The translations under genes were made by a program, and so were the position numbers. A DNA stretch of 64,000 nt from Neodothiora populina (taxonomy: Eukaryota). This document shows, one piece after another, positions 1 to 12,953 of this stretch. Position 1 is the first letter of the stretch; the number at the start of each line of letters is the position of its first letter. The stretch is taken from positions 682,001 through 746,000 of the forward strand of contig NW_027191410.1 of assembly GCF_041146345.1 (NCBI RefSeq), read 5' to 3'. A model generated the notes under the pieces. That model was not told the origin of the DNA, did no database searches, and worked only from the letters and a program-made list of their open reading frames with translations.

Positions 1-1521
1 CCTGATCTACAGTTGCGAGGTTTCGCGAACATGAGAAGCTTCTACATGAAGTTGGTGTGGTGCCAAGTGGAGTATTGGTCGATGACTTTTTTGGGATGCT
101 GCGGATCACTTTTGCACACGCATTTTGATACTTGTGCGTGCTAGACACAGCAAGTACGAGTCTTCTGTGGAGCATCAAGTCGCAATAGAAACAATGATGC
201 AATGGTCCAAATTGATGCGACTGTATCCTCGTTATATCACGGGAGTGCTTGGAACATATGCGACGCAAGGTAGAATGTGCAAGAACGAGTGCACGGGCCA
301 AGAATGAAATCTCTATATGAAGCCATGTCAGAAGCCCAACTGTGAGTTCTTCTCTTCATGACCTTCCAAAGTTTTTAACTTGTATGTATCCTTTTTCAAG
401 TGAATCAAGCGAGTGCCTCACTGACATTGTCCGCAGTATGATGAAAGCCTAGTGTGTAAAATTCGAGCTGACCTCAGCCTTCTTGTCGGGCTCTCTCCTT
501 CGGGTGCTCAAGGGCCTTGCGAGAAGAGTTGAGGTAGCATGAGATCTGCGTTCGGCACACCTCCTTGTTACCAAACGGACGCGAAGATGGCATCTCTGAT
601 CATTAACTTTGGAGGACTAGATAGGTCGATATCTTGCTCCATAACTGAGCACAATGAATGTTTTTATGAAAGCAGACGACATCCGTTGCATTATTTCCCT
701 CATCTTCGTGCCTGTTTTCTCGTAGTCCCCGCTGGTCATTATAAACGGGATACCAGGAAGGCCATTTGATGCCGGTATCCCCTTGAGACTCAGCGGTATA
801 GAAACCAAAGATGAGCATCAGCAACAGGTCGCGCAGCCCTCTGTCGTGGCAGCCTGACCGTAACACTGATGTGACATGTTTTATTAGGAAAGGTGCACTA
901 TAATTATAGATCTAGTGATCTGCATGCCCTTCACATATGAATGATGGGAATCAACTGTTCTCTTTTTTTCTTGCTATCATATCGTATAAGACGGGTCAAT
1001 CCTCTGAATGTACGATAAGAGAGCGACAGATGTTGTTCTATAAAGAGTACTTCTTGGTCTGTGTCTGCTATAATTGCGATGGTACCTGAACCCCCCAAGT
1101 CTTTTATTCTGAAGCGCCGATACCCGATCTTCACAGGCTCGGCATCGTCATTGCCGCGGGCGCTCGCGATGGCACCGACACGCATTGGAACAAGCCCCCC
1201 AGGCTGACGGGGATGTCTCGATGTTTGCCTGGTTATACTGAGTGATGTAAGTTGTTATTAGAGAGACTTTGGGTATCTGGGTTTCTCGAGTCTCTGTTTT
1301 TACCAAGCGCGTCTAAATCACAAGCATAGTGTCCGTGGTCGGATCTCAGAGAAATGAAGCCAACCGCGAGATATTGATAATATTACTGTACCTTAATTCA
1401 CGCCTCCGATCGCCTCAGTCCTTCCTTCGCGCCCAACTCGCATTCATTCCTACTACCACGACCGTTCCTTCCTATTCCTTCTTTTTCATATCGCCTCGGG
1501 TCGCACCAAGGGATATTCCCC

Positions 1522-3506
1522 ATGTCTGGCTCTTTTGAGAAGTCGGTAAAGGGCGGCACCAAGATCAAGGTACTTCCTCCCTCCACCAAACAACGGCCAT
1601 CGCAGGCGCGTACCCGCATGCTGAACAATGTGGCTATAGGCTGCACCGCCCAAATCCAAATATGTCGAGCACATCCTCCTTGCGACGCACGCAGGTGAAG
1701 CCGGAGTGGCCGAGATCTTCCGCGCCCTCAAGGATCGTCTGAGAGACTCGACCTGGACTATTGTCTTCAAATCGCTCATTATCATTCATCTTATGATCAA
1801 AGAGGGCGAGAAGGATGTCACCCTCAGTTACCTCGCTCAGTCGCCAAGAAGTAAACTGGCCATCAACACCTTTACCGATGTCCAGACACAGGGTCAGAAT
1901 ATCCGGCGGTACTCAGACTACCTGATTGCGCGCGCTCAGGGCTTCGCCGACACCAAGGTGGATTATGTTCGTTCAGGAACTAGCAGGATGAAGAACCTAC
2001 CCATAGAAAAGGGACTGTTGAGGGAGACGGAGTGTATCCAGGCTCAAATAAAGGCTCTCGTCAAATGCGACGTGCGTATCATCAGGAGACAATTTCCGTC
2101 GGGTTCGAGGCTCGTCTAATGTTTCACAGCTCCTCGATACCGAACCGGAGAACGAGATTTCTCTGACTGCTTTCCGTCTGCTGACCAAGGACTTGCTTGA
2201 TCTTTTCGCCGTTATGAACGAGGCTGTCATGAATGTCCTCAGCCACTATTTCGAACTGTCCAAGGTTGATGCTGAGCACGCCATTGGCATTTACAAGACC
2301 TTCGCCAAGCAGACTGATCAAGTGGTGCAGTATCTGAGTGTTGCCCGTCAGTATGAGCATGTTACCAAGCTGGAGATTCCAAAGATCAAACACGCCCCCA
2401 CCAGTCTGGCTGCATCTCTTCAGGAGTACATCGACGACAACGACTTCGAGGTCAACCGAAGACAATATCTGGCCGAACAGCAAGCAAAGGGCGGCAATCA
2501 TTCTGGCAGTCGCGCTGGGAAGTTTACGACGATCAAGGCTACCAATTTCGACTCGCGGCCGTCCACGGCCAAATCGGCCAAGGCTGAGGAGTCCAAGCCT
2601 TCGCTGCCACCTATCAAGTCTGCAGATGCCGAATTCATAGACTTTTTCGATTCGATAGAGCGGCAGCAACAACAGCCGGCACCTCAGCAACAAGCACAGC
2701 AACAGGCCCCGGCGATACAATACGCGCAACCGCCCGCGCAGCAGTTCCAACCAGATCCGTTTAATCAACCATTTTTCCAGTCCCCGGTGAACGGCACGAT
2801 TCCGGTCCAGAGTACGAATCCTTATGGCCAACCACCGCCACAGCAATTCCAGCAACCTCAGTCTCCGCCGCAGCCACTTCAGCCAGACTTTACTGGCGCA
2901 GGGTTTGGCGGTTATGGACCACAGCCGCAGCAACAACCACAACAAGTGCCGCAGGCCGCTTTCTCGCCTTCCAATCCTTACCAAAACAATATCCAGCAAT
3001 TTCCACAGCAGAGCCAAGACATTTTCGGCATGCAGCAACAGCAGCAACAACAAGTACCTCAGATACAGCAACCACCTCAGCAATTAATGCAACCTCCGTC
3101 GACCAATCCTTTCCGGCAATCTATGATGCTCACCGGACAGATGACAGGATTCGGTGCGCCACAACAACAGCAACAGGCACAGCCGCTACAGCAACAATCA
3201 ACCAATCCATTTGCGCGAGCCCAACAAAGTGCGATTCAAGGAAATGGCGCGACCACATCACCTCAACTGCAGCCTCAACCGACGGGCACCAACCCATTTG
3301 CTAGACAGACTGCATCGCCACCACAGCAAGGATCACCGAGCAACTTTTTGACTCCTTCGGTGACTGGAAGCACGAACCCCTTCCGCCAGAGCGCATTCGT
3401 CAACCAGCAGACAGGACAAGGGTGGCAGAATGCAGGACAAGCGACGCTGGGAGGATGGGAACAGCTGGAGACGACGCCGGTTTTCCCCCGACCAGGCCAG
3501 GCTTGA
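1522..3506 (+). CDS. ANTH-domain clathrin adaptor (AP180/CALM, Yap1801/1802-like); exons 1522-1569, 1640-2071, 2130-3506
   Basis: The spliced N-terminus MSGSFEKSVKGGTKIK|AAPPKSKYVEHILLATH and WTIVFKSLIIIHLMIKEG are typical of ANTH domains. The Q/P-rich tail has four NPF motifs. Introns are canonical GT-AG. Confidence 0.92.
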
Positions 3507-4943
3507 TAGTAGAGCAAAGAACCCGAACGCATGTCTTGAGGCATTCGACACGTTCGCTACCCTTGTCATTATTAGCGTGGCGTTTCCGGGACAGGAAATG
3601 GAGGGGGGGACCTCCGTCTCTAGGTGAAGAGTGCTCCAGAGTGGAATAAAGGAAACGCATCCTCGAGTGACGGACTGGGTGGTAAGGGATCCTTATACAG
3701 GGACGAGGGGTTGGGTCGGGCTGGATTGGGTCGGCGCAGCTATGTCGAGAGGTCTCGCAACCCCACTGCAGCAGAGCTCCGGGCTTTCTTTTTCTTCAAA
3801 CCTTTTTCCCCCTTCGCATTGACATCACCATCCAGAGGAGCACACACGCCATCTAGCTCCAGACCGTGTCTGAACAACAGACAACAGGCAGGAGTGAGTG
3901 GGATGTGTCTGTAACGATAGAAACCCCGCCAAACGCAACACCTAACAGCGACCCAAATCGAGGGGTTGCAATGTCTTGTCGCTTTCTCTTATTCGTTTGC
4001 GTTTCTTCTCTTCTTCTTTTACTCCCATAGCATACTTTAGCCAGGCCGACCGAAAACGAATACAAGAGACTCTTCCTTTCTTGACGTTGATGGGTGGGTC
4101 ACTTCGCTGGACGCTTGTGATGAGGGGTTCACGATGTCTGTTGGATATCTACTCCCTGTACAAAAAAGGCACGTATGATCCCATGTCCTGGTTGTCTCCC
4201 GTGATTAGGTACCCTGCCCTGGAGAAAGTCATGACTTTCCTTCCTGTGGTAGTATTGGATGTGGAAACTTTGATCTGCTTCGGACCCTTCCTGCACTGCA
4301 CTTCGATGCTGCTACGATACAGAAGTCTCGAAAGGTCTGTCTACCTCTCTTGTACTGGTGCACGGCATCGATGAGTAGAGCATGACTGACCCATTCTCGC
4401 CTCGATTTGGCTGCTACATCCGGATTTTGTCGATTACTATCCTACTTACTGTACTGTCATTTTCTAGTGTTGAAATGGTACCGTGGCTACACCTGATGTC
4501 TCATCATTCTTGTCGAGGGGATTCACATCATGGTCAGGTTGAGGTTTTCGCTCCCTGCAGGGAACAGCAAGGAAGGGTTGACTACAGTGAGTCAAGGCGC
4601 TGAAGTGTGTTCGGAGGTGATGCACTCGCCGCAAGCTTGGCGTTGTGCTTCTCTGTTCATATACAGCACCTTATTGTAGTTCTGCCACTTGACAGTCGTC
4701 GCATTTGGAGGGGGCATTTGGTCTGCCTGTCTCCTGGTTGAATGTCCCGAGTGTTAGGGATGATCCTCTGTTTCTCTTATGACAGCGAGTTCATGTTCAG
4801 ATGTTCTGTAAGTAATGAAATGAAAGAGTGACCGTTTGTGTATGGAAAATAGGTATATCCCCCACACGATGTCGCACAACCCCACGATTGCAGCTCTAGC
4901 GACATCGGCCGATTTTCTCCAGTGAAGCCACTAGGTGAGGTGA

Positions 4944-6188
<1,245 letters not shown>

Positions 6189-6526
6189 TTGATGGTTTTG
6201 ATGCTGTCGGTTGGGTGGATATGTGAAAAGAAAGTGAGGCAGGAGGGGAAAAGACTGATGGAATTGGACGACTCTGTATACCGGGGGGGGGGGCCTCTTC
6301 TCCCTAGACACAAAAACGAAAAGATGTATATTGAACATAAAAAAGGGTTTAGAGAGATGAACAAAAAGTCTTCGTATACCGTATGCACCTCGTGATGATT
6401 TCCTTTTCTTGGGTATGCCCGATTGTTCCTAGCTCCGTCCCTTTCCCTGCTCCAGCAAAGTCCCAGCGCAGCCTCCCAGCCTGTCGTGGATCGATCGTGT
6501 GAACGTCTCTTGAATACAAACAAAAT

Positions 6527-7669
6527 CTAGTCCAAGTCGTCATTTCCCCCAGCCTCAGAAGAAGAAGAAGCCTTGCCATCTTTCTCCTTCTCAGCCTCGT
6601 CCGCTTGCGGCACCGTCTTCTTGTCACCGTCTTCGATCTTGTCCGCCTGGTCCTTGGGGATCAGGGTGAATATGACGACGAAGAGGACTTCGTCCGTCGC
6701 GCGGTTCTTGAGCACGTATCTGATGGCGTGTGAGCTTTTGAATCAGCCCGCCCCGCCGAGGGAAAGGTGTTAGAACGCAATCTTTTTTCTTTCTTTTTCT
6801 TTTCTAATTGGAAGGCAAGGGATGGCGAACTTACCGAAGCGGCTGACCGTCCCAGTAGCTGATGATTGGAATGGTGATTCCGGGCACAAGACTGAAGCCG
6901 GGGAGTTTCAGGGCGAATTCTGAGAGAGAGAGAGAAAAGGCATCGTTGTCAGCACATTCTGCCTGCATATATATGTTTCTGAGCATTTCGTTTTCTCACC
7001 ATTGAAATCCAGATACGGGTTGAAAAAGTCGGCGGAATAAGTCCTGCCCTTGTCGAACTTGAAATTGCTCAAGTGGTCCTTGTTCAGGAACCATTTCTTC
7101 CTGGCGGCGGCATCGTCTGGTATCTTGGACTCGGCGCGGGACTCGGCACCGTCTCCGTCTGCGCCCTCTGTGATGATGACTGGTTCACCTGTTGAGGAGT
7201 GTTGCGCTGCTCCTGCATCTTTTGCTCCGACTCGAAAAGTATTGATCGAGCTCAAGAAGGGGCCATACAGATACGGCTCGTCGGCATAGGCATCTCCATA
7301 AAGACCAGGATCGATAAACCACTGCACGATCTTCAGCGCCTGACTGAAGCCAGGCGGCAGCTTGTCTCTGATCGGGTGATCAAAGTCGTTTCCAAACACC
7401 AAATCATTGCCGTTGACATGTTCTTTGAGTCGGAAGTTGAAGGCCAGACTGTAGAGATCGCTCTTGTGCGGGTCTTTGTCGAAGTACGGCGACGTCTCGG
7501 GCGAGCCTTTGGGCAGACCGTGGTATTTCTGCACGCGGATCGTCACGTCTGCGTCGATCTTGGATGAGGATATCGTGAAGGGCGTCTCGGAGTTCACGGC
7601 GATGACTTTTTGGTTCGCCTCGTCGTAGTCTGGGCCCGCCGTCGCCTTGAGGATGTATCGGTCTGCCAT
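6527..7669 (-). CDS. DUF1769 family protein; exons 7669-7000, 6919-6835, 6719-6527
   Basis: Motifs DLVFGNDFDHPIRDKLPPGF, WFIDPGLYGDAYADEPYLYGPFLSS and ADFFNPYLDFN. The spliced C-terminus reads ISYWDGQPLR|YVLKNR. Confidence 0.8.
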
Positions 7670-8391
7670 GGTGCAACAACAAAAAATCGAAATCAGATTG
7701 CGATCTCGGAGCGATGCTTGAAGGTGAGATGAATCTGGTAGAGTAGCATATAGGTAGTCAGAAGGAATGCAATAAGGATGCCGTTATCGAGAGTCAAGAT
7801 CAAGAACTTGAGTTCGGTTGTGATTACTGGAACGCGCGGATCAATAATGTCCGTTGTGGTTTTCACATGCGATGACGTACATGGATGCTTGCTGTGAGGT
7901 TTCGATGAGGCCGGCGGGAGAGGAAGTGTGTTGTTCTTGTCCAGGACTTCATTGTACAAGACTCACTAAGCGACCAATATTTTGTCTATCTGTGGATCAC
8001 GGTCCTCGACACTCTTGCTCCCACTGCAAGACTGCTAGATCGTGTCATGTTCTTCAAAGCTCGCCAGGACGGGTACGAGACGATATCGCAAAGCGCAGGC
8101 TTATGCTCCTGACTTGGGCATCTGTGGTATTTGTGTATTGATGAAACGGAATTATGGAAACTACGTGATCATGTTTAGGACGCTGATTATGCGTCAATGT
8201 ACTGTACAAAGACAGACAGCGGAAACATGGACCAGGTCACAGACACGCTGAGACGCAGGCATTGACCAGGACCGATGATCACAGTCAGATTAAGATTCAG
8301 AAATGGTTCTTTTTTTTTTATACCGGGTGGCTGTCAAACAATGCCGGATGATATATTTCTTAATCTTGCGGTTGTCATATAGAGCCAACGA

Positions 8392-9357
8392 CTATGCGAT
8401 CTCGGGGTCAGTCTTGCCTCCGGTGAGCTCCTCGCCGATCCTGGTCACTCTCTCCTTGGTGATGCTGCTGGACCTGCCCCTCAGAGCAGAGCCGATGGCG
8501 CCTCTCGTGGTTTGTTGTCCAGAGGCACGGTTGAGCATATCTTGGACAGTGTCAGGCTTGCCGTTCGCCCAGATGCTGGGGATCTCGTGCTTGTAGTCAA
8601 AGACTCTGGGTGCGTCGACAGTCCCGAACTCGGCGTCGATGGCCGAGGCGAGCTGGGCTTCGTTGATGATGAAGCTGCGGGCGTTGATGTAGAGTGTGTG
8701 CAGAGAGTCGGCTCTTTCTTCCTTGCGAGCAGCCTCCTTGCGGGCAACACGCTCCCTCATCTCAGCGAGACGGGCCGATCTGTCAGCCGCGGGCACAGCG
8801 TTCTTCTCCAAAAGCCGTAATAGCTCGAGCTCAACGGTAGGCGCGGTCAATCGCTCGTCGTCACGCTCTGCGGCGTGCAACATTGCCTCTCTCTCTTCCT
8901 GTCTTCGCTTTCCCTGGGCGGCGAGGCGTGTGTCGGTGCGGACCTTCCTGTCCTTGAGGGCACTCAGACCCTCGCGCAGGTTCTTTCGTCGCTGCTCGGC
9001 CATGCGCTCCTTCCACGCCAATCTCTCGGCATCGGAGCGTGATGAGCATGTGACGCGGCGGTCCTTGGTTGTCGGTGAGGGTTCTTGAGTGGCCTTGAGG
9101 ACATTCTCGGGGTCGGCCTTGTCGATTCCACGACCTGGTGCGGAGCCAGCGAAGATGTCACGGGGGACTGGGAGGGCACCGCGGATGCGCGGCTTGTCCG
9201 GTGTGGTTTGTTGCGGAGGTTGAGGGATGTCGATGTAGCGAGGTGATTCTGGGCCGATCTGTGCGACGGCGGCGGAGCGAGAGAAGGCTCTCCTGGCAAC
9301 GCAGGAGGGACATTGGTAGGCCTGTGGTAGCACAGAGGGGGCTATCCGGGGAGGCAT
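8392..9357 (-). CDS. Probable mitochondrial small-subunit ribosomal protein (mS26/Pet123-like)
   Basis: 321-aa single-exon ORF with an Arg-rich mitochondrial presequence (RRAFSRSAAV), a helical charged core (WKERMAEQRRKNLREGL) and LHTLYINARSFI. Family assigned from recollection of the motifs. Confidence 0.65.
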   Translation of the reverse strand: MPPRIAPSVLPQAYQCPSCVARRAFSRSAAVAQIGPESPRYIDIPQPPQQTTPDKPRIRGALPVPRDIFAGSAPGRGIDKADPENVLKATQEPSPTTKDRRVTCSSRSDAERLAWKERMAEQRRKNLREGLSALKDRKVRTDTRLAAQGKRRQEEREAMLHAAERDDERLTAPTVELELLRLLEKNAVPAADRSARLAEMRERVARKEAARKEERADSLHTLYINARSFIINEAQLASAIDAEFGTVDAPRVFDYKHEIPSIWANGKPDTVQDMLNRASGQQTTRGAIGSALRGRSSSITKERVTRIGEELTGGKTDPEIA

Positions 9358-9431
9358 GTTTGGAGGTTGTGTTGTGCTTGCGGTAATTATGGTGTGGTTA
9401 ATTCAAGCCCATAGAACATAATTAGAAGATA

Positions 9432-9467
9432 TCTGCCTCTGCCTCTGCCTCTGCCTCTGCCTCTGCC
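9432..9467. repeat. (TCTGCC)6 microsatellite in the divergent mS26/NOG2 promoter
   Basis: Seen directly: six tandem TCTGCC units. Confidence 0.95.
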
Positions 9468-9773
9468 CTCGGAACTTCACGACCGAACCCTAGCATATCC
9501 CTGGAGAGCCTCGGCTTGGCGTTCCTTCCACTTGTACCTGAGTTTTCCCGCTCTTACCTTACACAGAAGAAAAAAAGTGGCAGTCCGGGGTTTTGTGGCC
9601 TGTGCACTCCATGGTACAGTATCTTCTCTGCAACTTTTGTCTTGTTCGTGCTGCCTCCTTGCCCTGCACCATACACTCCCTCTCCCTTTCTTTTTTTTTT
9701 GAATCCAAAAATCTTTCCCGTCTTCCATACCCAATCCAAGCATTCGTGACTGCCCCTCGCGGATCTTGTCAAG

Positions 9774-11959
9774 ATGGGTACCGGAAAGAAGGAGGGCGCT
9801 CGTAAAGAGCGCCAGGGCAAGAACGTCGATGGCATGAACAATGTCAAGACCAAGGGCGAGAACTTTTACAGGTATTTGACTGTTGTCCATCCTGCTATTG
9901 TTCCCTGACGCAGTTGACTGACCCACCTCGTTCTCCGCAGAGATGCCAAAAAGGTCAAGACGCTCAACATGTTCAAGGACGGCAAGGCCCAGCACAATGC
10001 TCGTGGCGACATCACCAAGGCCGCCTCCTTCCAGTCTCGCGAGACGCCGTCTGCCCGCATCGAACCCAACCGCAAATGGTTTACAAACACGCGTGTCATC
10101 TCGCAGGATGCTCTCGCTGCATTCCGTGGCGCTGTTGCCGAGACCAAGAACGACCCTTACTCGTATCTCCTCAAGCAGAACAAGCTGCCCATGTCCTTGA
10201 TCAACGACAACGAGAACACAAAGAACGGCATCAAGCAGCACCAGGCCAAGATCGCCATCGAGACCTCTCCTTTCTCCGACACCTTCGGCCCCAAGGCTCA
10301 GCGTAAGCGCCCAAAGTTGAGCGTCGCCTCGCTCGAGCATCTCGCTGGCGAGACGGAACAGATGCATGATTCATACCTCGATCGCCTCGAGCAGCAGCGT
10401 CTCTTGAGCGGTAACGCCAACGAAACCGAGCAAATCGGCGAAGCTCTCCCTGAGCTCACCGGTCAGCTCACCGCCGCCAAGGAAGCCATCTTCTCCAAGG
10501 GTCAAAGTAAGAGAATCTGGAACGAGCTCTACAAAGTCATCGATTCTAGCGATGTCATCATCCATGTTCTCGATGCCAGAGATCCTCTGGGAACGCGTTG
10601 CCGAAGTGTCGAAAAGTACATCAAGGACGAGGCTCCTCACAAGCACTTGTTATTCGTCCTGAACAAGTGCGATCTTGTCCCCACAAGTGTCGCTGTAAGT
10701 CTCTGCTCCCACCCATTCTTTCTGTCTTTCCTGCTCGACTATTGCTTTTGCTCCGTGCCAAATATCCCCTTCCGGCCTTCTGCGTCGTTGCCATCGTTAA
10801 GTCAAGGCTTTTCCCCGCATCCATTTGCGTACTTTTCTGTGGGATCAACCTGTTACAACTTTGGCAGATCAAAGTCGGTCCCGCCGCTGCTAGGCCGTTA
10901 TGGTCCGGCAGTAGAGTTGCTCGCCGTCTTGGCTTGTACTCACAAAGGGATCGAGCGTGTCTCGTTTGAGTTGAGTCCCTTCTCTGCTCGCAAGAGTGGC
11001 CTCATGGAGGATCTCTTAGTTATGATTCACACATTTCACTCTCTTCTGTTCAGCATTTCAGCTTTACTTTGACTTTATCAAGCACTGTTGATGGCTTATC
11101 ATTGACCGAGCCATGTGCTAATGGAACTGAACAGGCCAACTGGGTTCGTGTCCTGTCCAAGGAATACCCCACTCTTGCGTTCCACGCCTCCATCACCAAT
11201 TCTTTCGGTAAAGGGTCTCTCATCTCACTCCTCCGTCAATTCTCCTCGCTCCATGCCTCTCGCAAGCAGATCTCTGTCGGTTTCATTGGCTACCCCAACA
11301 CTGGCAAGTCGTCCATCATCAACACGCTCCGCAAGAAGAAGGTCTGCACTGTTGCTCCTATTCCAGGAGAAACCAAGGTCTGGCAGTACATCACTCTCAT
11401 GAAGCGTATCTACCTAATCGATTGCCCTGGTGTCGTTCCACCCAACATGGGCGACACCGAAGAGGACATTCTTCTGCGTGGTGTCGTTCGTGTGGAGAAC
11501 GTCGAGAATCCCGAGCAGTACGTCGCTGCTGCCCTCAAGAAGTGCAAGAAGCACCACGTTGAGCGCACCTACGACATCCGCGGCTGGGAAGACCACTACC
11601 AATTCCTCGAGGCTCTTGCCCGTAAGGGTGGTCGTTTACTGAAGGGTGGCGAGGCCGACATGGACGGTGTCGCCAAGATGGTGTTGAATGACTTCTTAAG
11701 AGGCAAGATCCCTTGGTTCACTGCTCCTCCCTCGACCGAGGAGACCAAGACCGGTATCGAGGGCCGTGATGGCAAGCTAGGCGAAATGGCCAAGAAGAGG
11801 AAGAGAACTACCGAAGACGATGGCGAGGCCGATGGAGGTGTCTCCGTCGCTGCCAAGGATGACTTTGAAAGCTTCAGTGAGCACGACGATGAAGAGGACG
11901 AGGACAGCGAAGACGACGACGAGGACGAGAAAAAGGAGGGAGCTTCGGAACAAGGATGA
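9774..11959 (+). CDS. NOG2: Nucleolar GTP-binding protein 2 (circularly permuted GTPase, 60S biogenesis); exons 9774-9871, 9941-10694, 11135-11959
   Basis: Motifs [29 protein letters not shown] (NGP1NT), G4 NKCD, G1 GYPNTGKSS and G3 DCPG, plus an acidic tail. Intron 2 is 440 nt, GTAAGT..GCTAAT..CAG. Confidence 0.97.
10787..11036 (+). ncRNA. snR191: Intronic H/ACA snoRNA, snR191/U19 orthologue (guides LSU rRNA helix-69 pseudouridines)
   Basis: Lies in NOG2 intron 2. Hairpin 1 (TGCCA-TC-GTT / AAC-TT-TGGCA) has pocket strands AGTCA (10800-04) and GTTAC (10852-56), with H box AGATCA at 10866, 14 nt from the 3' pocket. Hairpin 2 has pocket strands GAGT (10968-71) and TAGTTA (11017-22), with ACA at 11031, also 14 nt away. 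The pockets are complementary to conserved rRNA GUAACUAUGACUC. Yeast snR191 is known to reside in the NOG2 intron. Confidence 0.9.
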
Positions 11960-12953
11960 AGCGCTCCGGGGTTTCCAGTAAACAGCTACCACTATGCCTC
12001 TCCCGTGGTCACCATCCCAGCTTGACATGCCACGAGCAACAACAAGTCTTGAGGAGATGACCGCGATTGGAGGACGCCGTCGCCACCACCCCTCCGCCGC
12101 GGTGTGTTGACTCGATGCCATGATACCCCACCTCAGACAGGTGAAGATGACAAAAACTGTCATCGGCTTCGATCGCGACTCAGACGCGTCTGAGCGACCC
12201 TGATGGCGCCATTAGACATTATCATTGGCGCGAAAAAGATGCGAGTTCACTCAGACGCATAGCAGGCATGGGCATTCACGGGTCTACTTGACCTGTCTCC
12301 GTCCGGGATTGGACACCGCCTTGCGAATGCTCGATCACTATTGTTTGATCAGCGCTGAACTTTAGATCCCACCTCCACATACTTGTATCAGGTCCATGGA
12401 TCTTAGAAGATGCAATCACTGCGTCGAAATAGAAGGCTCTAGCTTATTTGCTAGTACATCAAACTTATTTTACCATCACGCACACCATCTGCTCTTTGAA
12501 TCTCCTCGGTCTTGTGTTCTACATCTTGAATCCATCATGTGCGACAACCAATACACACTCGGTAGAATCGACCGTAATTATGCTTTTAGGCGTGACCAAG
12601 GGAGATGTCCCTCCGCTCTCTCGCTTCTCCACTTACTAGCCTGATTCGGCTCGCTTCGCTGCAGCGGCCTTGCTTTCTAATATATCGCCCTGAGGGGTCT
12701 TGTAGCATTTGACCTGATGATTGACCTGACGTGCATCGTGTACCTTCTGCAGTCTGCAGGACCATTGTCGATCTCGGTGTCTCCATTGGCGGATAATCAG
12801 ATGCAACCACGCGAGCATCACTGGGCAGCCACTCGTATTTCGCCATAATGTCTCATGGACCTGCATCGATGTGCTTCGCGTTTGTAGATATACATAAAGG
12901 CAGGTCCCTGTTCATCGAGATGTTATCAGATCAGATCAGTCATTGCGGCGACC

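Noticed and set aside
10695..11072. ORF-track extension of NOG2 exon 2
   Set aside because: It reads through into the snoRNA-hosting intron. The splice sites are canonical and restore the conserved NOG2 sequence.
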